Source: Camelus ferus
Taxonomy: Eukaryota
Reading direction: 5' to 3'
DNA: 64,000 bases
NCBI RefSeq assembly: GCF_009834535.1
Contig: NC_045699.1
Coordinates: 74,710,001 to 74,774,000, forward strand
Positions within the stretch are counted from its first letter, which is position 1. Each line of letters starts with the position of its first letter. The position numbers and the translations under genes were made by a program. The notes beneath the pieces are model-generated. The model was given only the letters and a program-made list of their open reading frames with translations, had not been told where the DNA came from and made no database searches. Below, one piece after another: positions 43,877 to 55,640 of this stretch.

Positions 43877-46800
43877 CCGTTGGTGCTGCAGGACGTCCAT
43901 CTGTGATGGTGGCGTGGGGCGCATCTAGCGTCCTGCTGGGTGATAGCTTCACGGGCATGGCCCCTGCGTCACTCTTGACTCTCCAGGAGTTCATTCCGTG
44001 GTGACCGGTGTCCCTCCAGCCCTTCGCGCTCTGGGAGGACGTTCCTCATGCAGCCTGTTTGAAGCCCAGCCCAGCGGCCTTTTCTCAGGAGAGGCAGCTG
44101 TCAGCATCCAATGAAGCTCGTTTCTTTCCTTTTGTTTTGAGCTCTTAAGATTGCTCCTTAAAGAGTAATTGTCGGGTAGGTTGTTAGATGGTTACAGCCC
44201 TCCACGGTGAAGAGTAGGAAGAGGGCGCGTCTGAGCAGTCGGGGAGGCGCGTGGCCCGAGTGGAGCTCGGGGCTCCAGGACCCGCGCGTCGGCAGGGAGA
44301 CGCCGTGCCTGACGCCCCGCGGGCCCCCGCACACGGGCGTGCCTGCGTCCAGGCTGGGCTCCGGGGGCGTTGCGCAAGGTGTGCCTGTGACTGAGGGCTT
44401 TCTGGCCTCAATTTCATCCGTCTTTCCCACCGGGACCCGTTCGTGCCCCTGCCTGCTTGTTGGCATGGCTCCCGGCCTCTTTTTTCTCTCTGCTTGGAGC
44501 TCTGTGTGTGTCAGGGGTTCAGCCTTGTATTTTACTGAGTGGTATTTTTGCTTCGTTTCTGTTTTGTTATGGGGAACTGTTCAAGATTTTTTTCACTGAT
44601 TTTGGATTTTGACCCAGAGTTGAGCCTGTCTTTCCTGCGAGTATAGGTCTGATTTTCTCACATTTCAGGTCCTTGGCGGGTAGAGGCCAGTGGCTGCTCG
44701 TCCGCTTCCCCCTACTTCTGACAGTGTCAGTCTGTCTGTCTGCACTGGCCGTGGTGTGACTGGGTCAGAGCCAAGTGTCCGTGCGGCTGGCTGCCATCTG
44801 GGTCTCGTGTTCTGCTCTGTTGGTCTTGGTGTCGTGGGCCAGCAGGCCCGTGATGGGTGTCTGCCCCCGCGTCACGCCGCTCCTCGTGCCGGGCTTGGTT
44901 GGAGGCCCAGGTGGCGGCCCCAGGGCCCCAGGGCGTCAAACTCACCTGTGAGGGATGAGACACAGGTTACTCTCTGGGACAGGCACGGGACAGGGTCTTC
45001 AAGGGCATTTGAAATGGCCCATGTGTGGGAGGCTCTCAGTCTGCAGATGCCTGGGCTGTCAGCCCGCTTCGAACCACACACGCGCACCCAAGCAGGTGCA
45101 TGTATGTTACATGCACGAGCGTGTGCTCGTGCACCGCTGCTTTGGGAACAGGTGGTTGGGTTTCAGGAGGGGTGAGTGACTGGAACAGAGAAGTAATGGC
45201 GGTTGACATCAGGCCCTTTAGTTTCAGGACCACGTCAGGACATGTGGCAAATGCCGGGTCCCATGCAGATTCCACGCTATTGGCTGCCCCGAGATGGTGA
45301 GTCTGGTTCTGGTGGGGCTCTTAGGGCTGGGTGGGTGCTGAGTTGGTCCCCTGGGAGCTCCCGGTTCCTGAGCAGAGGTTGGCAGACATGACCACATCCT
45401 CCTGGACACAGTCTTCACTCCACCCCCAGCCTGGCTCTCGGGTGGGTTCTGTCCACTCATCCTCCAGGTGGTCCAGGTGGCCTCTGGTGCCCGGCTTGGC
45501 CACCTCAGCTGCAGAGGACGCCCAGCACACCGTGCGCCTCCCTGAGGTCTAGTGATGCCCTCCTCTGCCCAGTCCTCCCGCCTCCCTCAAGAGAGCTCCT
45601 TAGCTCACCCAGCTGCTCCAGCCAGAAGCCCATTGGTCGTTCTGGACCCTTCCCCTGTGTGTCCCACGTCACGTTCAGTCTGCCTGCAGACAGGTCCCAG
45701 ACCCTCCTGGCCCACTGCCTCACCTCTGGCCTGCGTGGCCTTCCTGCGTGGTCTGTCCCGGCTGTCTCTGTCCTCGCTCCTCTGCCGGTCCCCAGCCTGG
45801 TCGTCCTCCAGGGCACTGACCTTCCCAGGGCCTTGACCCGCCTCCCGAGTGCATGCTCACCAGGCAGCCGCCTGTCCACCTGGCCCTTGCCCTCCTTCCC
45901 TGGACTGTTCCTCGCCCCCGAGGGCTGCCTAGAAAGACTGGCACATGGCCTCTGCCCCAGCAATACCCCAGTGGCGTTTCCAGTGCCAGCAGTCCTGGCG
46001 GTGTTGTCACTTGGTGACCTGACACTTGGCTACAGTGTCTTGCTTTGTTTTCTCTGCGGATGGTAAATATGGCCAGTGCCCCTCCTTTCCCTTGGTCTGT
46101 GTTTGACCTCCTGCTTCTGGGCATCGCGGTGCTAGTCACGTGTCCGGTCCCACGGAGGGCAGGTCATGGACCTTGTTGACCCACCTTCCACGTCAGCGTC
46201 CAGTGGTCCCAGGTGGTCCCAGATGCTCTGGGCACTTTGCCTTTTGAGGTTCCTTACTTTCTTCCTTCAGATTTTCTGAGAGTCTCTGACTTTTTCAGAC
46301 TTGTTGTGGAGGCTTAGAAGAGACTGGGCTGCCAAGTCAGATCTGCACAACAAGGACTGTTTGAGGAAGATGTGTTTCACCCCCTCCCCCCCCGCCCCCA
46401 GCCGTGGGCAGCTTTTGTAATGGCACGTTCCTCCCTGTCACCTGGAGTGTCAGGAGGTTTGCTTTCCAAACACGATTGAGTTCAGGGACACGCGAGATGC
46501 TGGCAGGTAGACGTGCTGGAGAAGTCACTCCCCGTATCATCCTCGCTTTCTGGGTGCTTGGTCCCTGCTGAGGGCCACGCCCCCTCGGGGGTCCCTGGGT
46601 CAGGGCTGAACGCAGCACAGTGTCGCGAGCCTCTCCGTCCTGCCTCCCCAGGTGGAGGGCGAACAGCAGCAGGAGCATGAGGCGCAGCATCTCCGCGAGC
46701 ACCTGGCCATGCTGCTGGGCGCCCTCCTGGAGGCCGGGCCCCGCCCCGGAAATGGCCGCCCCCTCCTCGGCCAGGGCGAGCCGGGTGGCTGGGACGCCAT

Positions 46801-49751
46801 CACGCTGGGCCCGGGGATGGGGCTCTCCGCGGCCGCAGAGCTACTGCAGAGGTGCGAGGCCCTGGAGCGTAAGACGGCCACCTTTGAGAACATTGTCTGC
46901 GTGCTGAACCGGGAGGTGGAGAGGGTGGCCGTGACCGCCGAGGCCTGTGGCCGGCAGCACCGGCTGGACCAGGACCGGATCGAAGCCCTGAGTAACAAGG
47001 TTTGTGCACAGGGGCGGGGGGCGCTTGCCTGCGGTGCCCGGGCCCCATCAGGCAGGTGCCTGGGCTCGGGGTTTCAGAGCAGCGCCTGGATTTCCAGCAC
47101 GCTCTCCGCGCTCTGCTGTGCCTCCTGTGTCTGAGCGGAGCCCCTCTCTGAGCCCCGTTCCCTGAGGGACCCGACTCGGGCCTAGACGGGCTGCCAGTGG
47201 AGCCTCTTCTCCAACCTGGGGGCAGATGTAGCCGTGGGAATGTGCCTTGTGCTTTGTGTGGGTCCTGTGAGCGAGTTTCCTTGTGAGGTTGAGGGTCTTG
47301 TGGGTGTGGAGCTGATCTGAGAGAAACTGAACCGGGGGAAGGCTGGGGCGCTGGGAGAGGCCCTCCCTTCCTTTGGCAGACTAGGGGGGAGGTGGGGGCA
47401 CCCACACTCCTGCGAGACAGGAGGTGGTCTCCGTGGAGGCCCCGTCTGGCCCGGTGCCCAGCAGGCATGTCCTAACGGCCCTGGTGCCACAGGTGCAGCA
47501 GCTCGAGAGGAGCATTGGCCTGAAGGACCTGGCGATGGCCGACCTGGAGCAGAAGGTCCACGAGATGGAGGCGTCCACCTTCGATGGAGTGTTCATCTGG
47601 AAGATCTCTGACTTCGCCAGGAAGCGCCAGGAAGCTGTGGCGGGCCGCACGCCTGCTATCTTCTCCCCAGGTGCCATTCTGGAACTTGTCCCCCCACGCT
47701 GGGTGCCCCGGGCACCGTGTCCCCCAGGCTAGAGTCTGCCTCCTGCTGAGGCCAGGAGCAGGTGCGCCTCTGAGAGGGTGAGGGGTGACAAGTCCCCCAG
47801 GCCGGGCCCTCCCAGCGAGCCGGCCTCCCCTCAGCGCCCCCCGGCTGTGGGGCCACAGGCGGAGTGATGGGGACCAGAAGGAGGACAGCTGGGCGAGGCT
47901 CACGTGCTGCCGTTTCTCAGCCTCTCTCGTCCCTGACTGTCGGGGGCGCTCGGGGGGGTTTCCTCTGGGCAGTTCTGCAGAAGGGGCCCCTGCCTTCCTG
48001 CAAGTCCCTCCCCCGGCGCCCCCAGTGAGGCCCTCACTGTGTGCACGGCGGCCGTCTGGCCGTTGTCTTCCCTGCTCAGCCCTCTCCGGTGATGGACCCC
48101 GCAGTCGGTGGGCTGTGCACACATGCCCTTCATTCTAGTGAACCTGCTGTTGGAGTCGCGTGTCCCTAGTCTGGCTGAGCAGGTGCAGGCGCTCCTCCTG
48201 TTTGACTTGATGGGGCAGGAAGGGAGGGTCCGGGTGGGCAGGGGCCTCTACTTTGGCAGAGGCTGCCTGGCCTGGCCTGCCTGGCACATCTCAGGCGCGA
48301 ACTTGGGCTTCAGGGCCCCGAGGGGAGGTGGGCTGCGGAGGTGCCGCAGGAAAGCAGTCAGAAATGCGGTCTGCAGGCCGCCTGCCCGCGGGGTCGTGTC
48401 TTGTTACTTAAGAGACAGCTGTCATGGTGTCTGGCAGTTGCTTCTCTCCGCACCCTGTTGGATGTCCGGTGTGTCTGGGCCGGGCCTGGGCCGACATGGC
48501 CCCTTTGCCCAGAGCCCCAGCCGGTGGTGCTGACCTGCAATCCTGGTGGCCCCGCAGCTCTGGCTCGCAGCTGACAGCACGGCCAGCGTGGCAGATAGGC
48601 AGGGGTCTTAAAGTGCTGCTGCTGATCGTGACTTTTCTTTACGAAAGAAACTTGTTTTCACTAGCAACTAACTTTGCACACCTTGAGGGAAAAGGCCCCT
48701 TCCATGTGTGCCCGGGGCGGTGGTGGGCAGGCCAAGCCTGCAGGCAGGGCTCACCGGTGCCTCCCCCGCAGCCTTCTACACGAGCAGGTACGGCTACAAG
48801 ATGTGCCTGCGCGCCTACCTGAACGGGGACGGCACGGGGCGCGGGACGCACCTGTCTCTCTTCTTCGTGTTGATGAAGGGCCCCAACGACGCTCTCCTGC
48901 GGTGGCCCTTCAACCAGAAGGTGCGTGAGGCTGGGGGAACCTGGGAGGCCCTCAGGGTGGCAGGTGTGGGGCAGGCACCCAGGCTCCGGAGTCACCACGG
49001 TGGAGGGCTAGGGCGGCACTCGTTTCTCCGGCCACACTGCCAGGCCGGCCACCGGCCTCACAGCCATCAGGACCAGCAGTCAGAAGTGCCCCCCGGAGAC
49101 TGTTTCAAAGGAGGGAGCCGTTACCTGGGGGCGCAGCCGTATCCCTTGGAAAGCGGAGCCACTGGGGTGGGGGCTGGTGCTCCAGGGACCAGGGCAGCCG
49201 GACGCTGTGACATTGCAGAGCGCGAGCCGAACCCCGCCTCTCCCTGAGGAGTGCTGCCCAGGGGGTGGTTGGGGGGCGGCTGTGTGAGCCCTTTGGTGAG
49301 AGAACATCCATTAGTCGGGTGTTGTTAAGAAAAAGCACAGGTGGACGCAGGGCTGTGGTGCTGGGTGTCAGCTTGGGTCCCTGGCGTCAGCGCACAGAAA
49401 GCACTAGAACGGGCGCAGGTTGCCGGACAGGGGCTGACGCCGTGGTCCCAGCGCGCAGCAGCCGAGGGGCTTCCTGGCGTGCGGGCCAGCTGGGGCTCAC
49501 GGGTGCTGTCCCTCTGGGTGCTGTCCTCCCAGGTCACTCTGATGCTGCTCGACCAGAACAACCGGGAGCACGTGATCGATGCCTTCAGGCCCGACGTGAC
49601 CTCGTCCTCTTTCCAGAGGCCGGTCAGTGACATGAACATCGCTAGCGGCTGCCCGCTCTTCTGCCCCGTCTCCAAGATGGAGGCCAAGAGCTCCTACGTG
49701 CGTGACGACGCCATCTTCATCAAGGCCATCGTGGACCTGACGGGGCTGTAG
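37922..49751 (+). CDS. TRAF2: TNF receptor-associated factor 2, 10 coding exons, 523 aa
   Basis: Exons 37922-38109, 38634-38712, 38922-39020, 42477-42638, 43522-43596, 45222-45296, 46652-46999, 47493-47670, 48772-48920, 49533-49751 (1572 nt), all GT-AG with consistent phases. RING ([21 protein letters not shown]), zinc fingers, coiled coil ([11 protein letters not shown]), MATH domain (GVFIWKI...[17 protein letters not shown]...IVDLTGL*). Confidence 0.97.
38215..38354 (-). mobile_element. tRNA-derived SINE, camelid-type
   Basis: GGAGGTAATTAGGTTTATTT...GGGGATTGAACCCAGGACCTTATGCATG...CCACTTGAGCTGTACCCTCCCC. Confidence 0.8.
39690..39890 (+). mobile_element. L1MB-like 3' UTR fragment, GC-shifted
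   Basis: TATTCAGTCTTGAAAAGGAAGGA...GAGGACGTCATGCTGAGTGAA...GTAGAGGAGTCAAACCCATGGAGACAGGAAGT follows the L1MB 3' consensus order. Confidence 0.65.
43841..43874 (+). repeat. (GT)17 microsatellite in the TRAF2 intron after exon 43522-43596
   Basis: Direct count; preceded by TGTACGCGCGCGTGC. Confidence 0.95.
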
Positions 49752-52700
49752 CCACTTCCCCTGCTCGGGGCCATGGCTCAGGAAGGGGCCAATGCGCTGG
49801 GCCCGCGCCTCACTGTGGGCGGGCGCCCGCCGAGTTCACGTCCTCCTGGGAAGGGGCTGCCTCCCGGGAGAGGGCCCAGCCCCGGGCTGCGGGAGGCGGG
49901 CCGAGGGCCAGCGTGCGCCTCCGGCGGGCGGTCAGTGCGGGCGCTCAGTGCGCTTGGGGTGCCGCAGGGGCGGCCAGAGCCGGTGAGCGGAGGGAAGTGG
50001 GCAGCCCCCCGGCCACAGTGAGGGGCCTGTGGAGAGAGGGACAGTCTCAGGCCTGGCTGCCAACCAGGCCAGGCCACCATGGGGGAGGGCGCCCCGAGTC
50101 CTCGGCCCGGCGGCACACGGGGCCACATTCAGCCCCGCCAGGCGTGGAGAAGGCGTCACTAAAACCCTGAAATCCCTGTGGTGAGTGGTGTCTGGTTGGC
50201 TCTGGCCTGGGCGGTGGGGACCCTGGCAGGGCCACCTGGCTTCCTGCCCTCCACACCCCGCTGTGTTTCCCCAGCTCCCTGAGCAGTGACGTGGGTTCCC
50301 AGACGCTCCACACTCGCTCCTGCGGGCCTTGGTGAAGTCGGCCTTCTCTCTCTGGAGTGCTGTTCGCTGGGCGCGCTTCATCCCTCAGGCCCTCCTAGGG
50401 GCTGTCTTTGCAGCAGGGCCATGTGTGCGCCCCCCATTTTGGCCTGCCCGTCCCTTCATGCGGGGACCCCCTGGGCCTAGGAGAACGGCCAGTGGCTTCA
50501 GCTGCATTTGGGGACCTGACGAGTGCTGCTGCTCCAGGACAGGGAGCCCCTGACTTGCAGGCAGCGCCCTGACCTCAGAGGCTCTGCTGGGCCCGGGCTG
50601 GGGTCTTGGCAGGGGGTGTGGGGCGGGTGCAGCTCCACTCAGGTGCTGGCCAGCAGCTGTCCCCACTGGTCACACTGGTGACCAGGAGGGAGTGACTCCA
50701 GAGGCTGGGGTCTTCCCCTCAACGTCAGTCACTTCTCTGTTTTGAGGAGTTAGGCGTAGAAGTGCATGGAGAACGGTGAAAAAGCTCCGTGTGTCCACCT
50801 CCCAGAACTAACAGACGTGCACATTTTGAATTATGTACGTATTTTAATTAAAAAGAAATGTTGCAGGAAAGTTGAAGTCCTTTCACCCCCTTTCCGTTGT
50901 CTCAGCTAAGCTGCCCACGGCACCGTCCTCACAGGGTTCTGAGCTGTAATTTTTGTTTCTGTACGTTTTGGCGGGCACTCGTAAGACGTGTGTATCTTGT
51001 GAGCCAACTGGGTCTCATACACCGAGTTCCCTGCAGGCAGCTCCCCCTCCACTTTGTAAAGCCTGGCATGTTGGCATCCGGCTTGTCACCTCCCTCCATG
51101 TCCCCACCCCAGCACAGACCTCCCTGAGGCTGCCTGCTCCCCCGGGACCCCTGTGGGGGCGGGTCCCGTGCGCCTCCTGGTGGAGTCCCCACTGTTCCCG
51201 GGACCTGGGCCTGGAGCGTGTCTTGAACTGTGTGGACGTGTGTGCAGAGGTGGGAGCCTCGTACCATCGGTGCTGGGCCCTCTCCTTTGTCAACAGTGCT
51301 GCTGCCGACCGCGTGTTCCAGAAATCCTAACCTTCCCCAGGCTTGAAAAACACTGTTCTGATGGTTTTAAAGTTTTGTTTTTAACGTCCTGGGTTTTTAC
51401 ATTGGAAATTTATTTGTGTAATGGTGTTTGTGCACACGTGTGTATATGTATATATGTATACATATAGATGCATGTATTTTCCATTAGGTCAGTCCAGGTT
51501 AGACCAAGGAGATGAGTGAGTTTTTTTCCTTACCCTTAAAATGAAACCACAGTGAAGTGAGAGGAGTAGCAAGGTGCTCACCCGCGGAGGGGCTGGCGGG
51601 GGCGGCGCCAGGAGGGAGGCTCGGGGACTGCAGGCAGTGGGGGGTCCTCCATCTAGGGGGCTCACAGAGGCATCGTGATGCGCAGGAGGGCAGGGTCAGG
51701 GTTCGGAAGGAGGGAGCAGAGTCCACCCGGATCTGCAGGGGCCACCCCTCTCCCCTCACTGGGAGCTGCCATGGGGACACATCCACAGGGAAACCAGGGA
51801 CCCAGGGAAAAGGGGTGCTCAGTTGGGCAACCAGGAGCAGGCCTGGTATGGCACCTGGCCCAGCCCAGGGAGCAGCAGGCCCTGCTCACCTCCAGACGTT
51901 CACATAGCTGGATGCATCCAGCCTGCCTTTTACATCTGAGTTCTCGGAGCATCAAGGTTTCAAGATTCCGCAGCTTGAACGATGGTCCGTTGTACGGATG
52001 GACCGCATTCCATCCACACACGGTAATGGACTGGAGCGTGGTCCCCCCTCCGGTGTCACATGCAGGTCTTAGTGTGGACAGCGGTGCCTCCCCTGGAAAC
52101 TGCTGGAGGAGCACCCACCCCGTTATCTCCCAGAGTGGTGGCACCCCCTGCCTCTCCCCCTGGGGCACGATCTTTCATTTACGCCTTCATTGGACCACCT
52201 ACTCCCTTGTCTTCCCCATGTGGTTGCTAGAATCTTAGTTCCGTCTCATCTCTTCAATGCACAAAATAATTACCTAAAAACACCCAGTAGAGGTCACAGC
52301 TTCGTGTGTGCTGTTTGACCTAAGCTGACCTGTGTCCGTGGAGGTTCCTCGTCTGGAGAAAGGATACTGCCTTCCTGTGACTGTGGGTGTCTTTATTTTA
52401 CCCTTGCTTCTGATACTGATTATCTGGGTTTAGAATTCTGGGTTGATGGTTTTTTACCCCAGCACTTTGAATCTGCAGATCCAGTGTCATCTGGGCCTGT
52501 TGCAGATGAAACGTCTGCTGCTAGTTTGTTACCCTTCTTACGAGTAAAATGTGTTTTCTCCCTAAGAGCTTTTAAATATTATTACAGAGTAGAACTGGTT
52601 TACGATGTTCTTGGGGTGCAGCTCTGAGTTTTAACACGTATAGGTTGACATCAGCACTGCCCTGACCAGAACACGGCATCTCCACCATCTGTCTAGATGC

Positions 52701-53088
52701 TGTCCCTTTGGTCCCCCACCTATGACCCCATGGTGACAACCTGTTCTCCGTCACTGCAGTTCTGTCTTTCCAAGGACGTTGTACAGATGGAGTCGTAGTG
52801 TGAAACCTCTGAGACTGGCTTCTTCCGCTCAGCCGAACGCCTCTGGGGTCCAACGTGATGTCACCAGAATTCTGGTCCTCCTCGGCTGCGCGGCATCCCA
52901 TGGTGCGGACAGGCCACGGGCAGTCCGTCTGCACACCTGCTGGAGGGTAGCAAGGACTTCCCAGGCGTCTGCAGGTGCAATCAGAGCCGCTGTGAGACTC
53001 AGCTCTGTTGTCGCCGGGCCTGGGCTCGCTTGCCTTCCCCGCGGGCTGCTGGCTCATGCAGTCAGTGTAGTTTAAAGGCATAAGAACC

Positions 53089-53415
53089 TGTGGTCTGAAT
53101 GTGTGCGCATCTTCCAAATTCACGTGCTGAAACCTAACCCCCAAGGGGATGGCGGATGGAGGGGAGGCCTTCGGGAGGTGACGAGATTGTGAGGGCAGAG
53201 CCTCGGGATGGGGCGAGTACCCCCAAAGCGGGGCCGCAGAAGCCCCTTTCTTCCCCACAGGGACCTGGTGCCTAGTCTGCAACCCTACCAGGCCGGCTCC
53301 CGCTCGCAGCCTCAGTTCTCAGTTCAGCCTCCAGAACTGCGAGGAAGAAATGTCTGTTGTTTGTAAGCCACTAGGTCTGTGGCGTTTTGTTATGCAGCTT
53401 GAGCTGGCTGAGGCA
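53089..53415 (+). mobile_element. MLT1A-like MaLR solo LTR
   Basis: TGTGGTCTGAATGTG...CAAATTCACGTGCTGAAACCTAACCCCCAA...CAGCCTCCAGAACTGCGAG...TGTTGTTTGTAAGCCAC...TTTTGTTATGCAGC...CA. Confidence 0.8.
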
Positions 53416-55216
53416 ACAGCTGCACCCTCCCGTTCTCACCAGTGCAAGTCTTGGTCCCAGTTGCTCCCATGTCCGTGAGCACATGCTGCCGTCTGGGTTT
53501 TATTTGCACTGGTTCTGATCTGCGTTTCCTTGATGTCTAATGATGGTGAACATCTTTGGTGAAATGTCTGTGTCTTTTACTCATTTTTAAGTCTTTTTTT
53601 TATGAAGTCCTGTTTTACCAACTTTTTCTAACACAGATTATGCTTTTAGTGTCATGTCTGAGAGTTCTTTGCCTAACACCAGATTACGACGGGTTTCCAG
53701 GGTGTCTCACAGAAGTGTGCACTGTTTTACATTTATGCTTCGATCTATGCCACATTTTGAGTTGGTTCTTGTGTAAGGTGCGAGGTTTAAGTCTGGGTTC
53801 ACATTTCTTGCATGTGGATGAGTACCTGTTGTAGGACCACACCTTCCATTGTAGCCTCTCTTTCCTCTTGCCTTGTTTCTGTACATCTGTACAGAAATGC
53901 TAAGTCACCGCATTTGTGTGGTCTGTCATTCCATTAATCTGTGCACCTGTTCCTTTTCCAGCACCACTCTGTCTTGAGGAGTATGTGTTACAGGATCAAC
54001 TCAATTGGTGTGATTCCTCCAACTTTATTCTTGCCTTTCAGAATTGTTTCAGCTGTTTTTGTTTCTTTGCCAATAGGTATAAATTTTAGAATCATCTTAT
54101 CAGAATCTATGTAAAAAGAAAACTTGCTAGGATTTTGGTTGGAACTGCATTGACTCTGTAGATGAATTTAGGGAAAATTGACACAATGTTGAGTCTTCCA
54201 ATCCCAGAACATAATTGGTCTCCATTTAGATCTCTGGATTCTTTTGTAAATCATCACTTTGTAGGACTCGACACACGTGTCCTACACGTGTTTCGTTAGG
54301 TTTAGACCGAAGCATTTCTTTTTCGAGCTACTGTCAAGTGGGGTTGTTTTTTAAATTTTGGCTTCCAATCATGTGTTCCTATTGTTTAGAAACACAATTG
54401 ACTTTTGTGTGCTGTCTTTATATCCTGCATGGTTGAAAACGCACTGTTTCTGGAAGGTGGTTGGATTTATGTGTATAGATTTGGGGGCATTTTATGCATC
54501 AACAATCTGATTATCTGTGAAGGGGCAGTTTCATTTCCTTTTTCCCAGTCCCTGTGCCTTTCATTCCTCTCATCTGCCTTTTCCCTCTGGCTCACCCCTC
54601 CTCCCAGCCTGAACAGGTGAGACCGAGGTCCCGCCTTGTTCGCGGGCTTGGGGAAGGCATCCTCTTCCACCACTGAGTACAATGCTACCTATAGATTTTT
54701 TGTCAGTGGCATTTATCAGGTTGAGTAAGTTCCTTCTACTCCTTGTTTGCTGAGTTTTTATCATGACCAGATGCTCTCCCACCTGCGTTTACTGCATCAG
54801 GTGACATGTCCAAGTGGCTTTTCTCCTATGCTGTTTCTGCTGTTGATAAGCTGGCTGCACTGATCGAGCTCCAAATATTGAACCAGCCTTGCATTCCTGG
54901 GGTAGACCCCGCTTGGGTGTGGTGTGCTGTTCATTTTGCACATTGCTGATTTGGTTTAGTAGCATCTTGTGGAGCACGTCACAGCTCTGTCTGTGAGGGG
55001 TATTTGTCTATATTTCTTTTTTGTAGCCTTTGCCTGGCTTTGGTGTGGGGGTTATGCTGGTCTTAAATAAAAGGAGTCTGGAAGTGTTGACATGTTTGCT
55101 GAGGCTTGTTTTGTGACACAGGCTGTGGCGGATGTCCCACGTGAACTTGAAAAGAACGTGTATTCTGTTGCCAAGCGGACTGTGAACGCGCCAGTTATAT
55201 TCAGCTGGTTGGTAAC

Positions 55217-55640
55217 TGTTGTGGGTTGAACCGTATGCCCCCCACCCTAAAAGGATATGTTGAAGTCCTACCTCACAGTTACTCAGACCATGAGTTTAAT
55301 TTGGAAACAGGGTCCTTACAGAGGTCATCAAGTTAAAATGAGGTCATTAGGGGGTGTCCTAAAAAGGGGAAGTGTAGACACAGACATGCCCTGAGGGAAG
55401 ATGATGTGAGGAGACTCGGGGAGGGGACGGCCCTGTGGAGACAAGTCAAGGAGCACCAAAGATTGCCAGCAAACCACCAGAGTCTGGGGAGAGACAAGGA
55501 AGGGTCTCGCCCTGGAAAGTGTGGCCCTGCCAGCACCCTCACCTTGGACTTCCGGCCTCCAAACTATGAAACGAGAAATCCTGCTGTGTTCAGCTCCCAG
55601 TCAGTGGTGCTTCGTTGCGGCAGCCGTGGACACCAACACG
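55217..55640 (+). mobile_element. MLT1B/C-like MaLR solo LTR
   Basis: TGTTGTGGGTTGAA...ATATGTTGAAGTCCTA...TTTGGAAACAGGGTC...AAGTTAAAATGAGGTCATTAGGG...CCAGCAAACCACCAGA...TTGGACTTCCGGCCTCCA. Confidence 0.8.

Noticed and set aside
46790-46838. Exitron (GT...AG, 54 nt) that would remove most of the TRAF2 linker insert
   Set aside because: Too short for efficient splicing, weak donor, and no polypyrimidine tract.
54261-54292. GTAGGAC/GTCCTAC stem and a doubled ACACGTGT
   Set aside because: Short, inside an L1 fossil, and within chance expectation.
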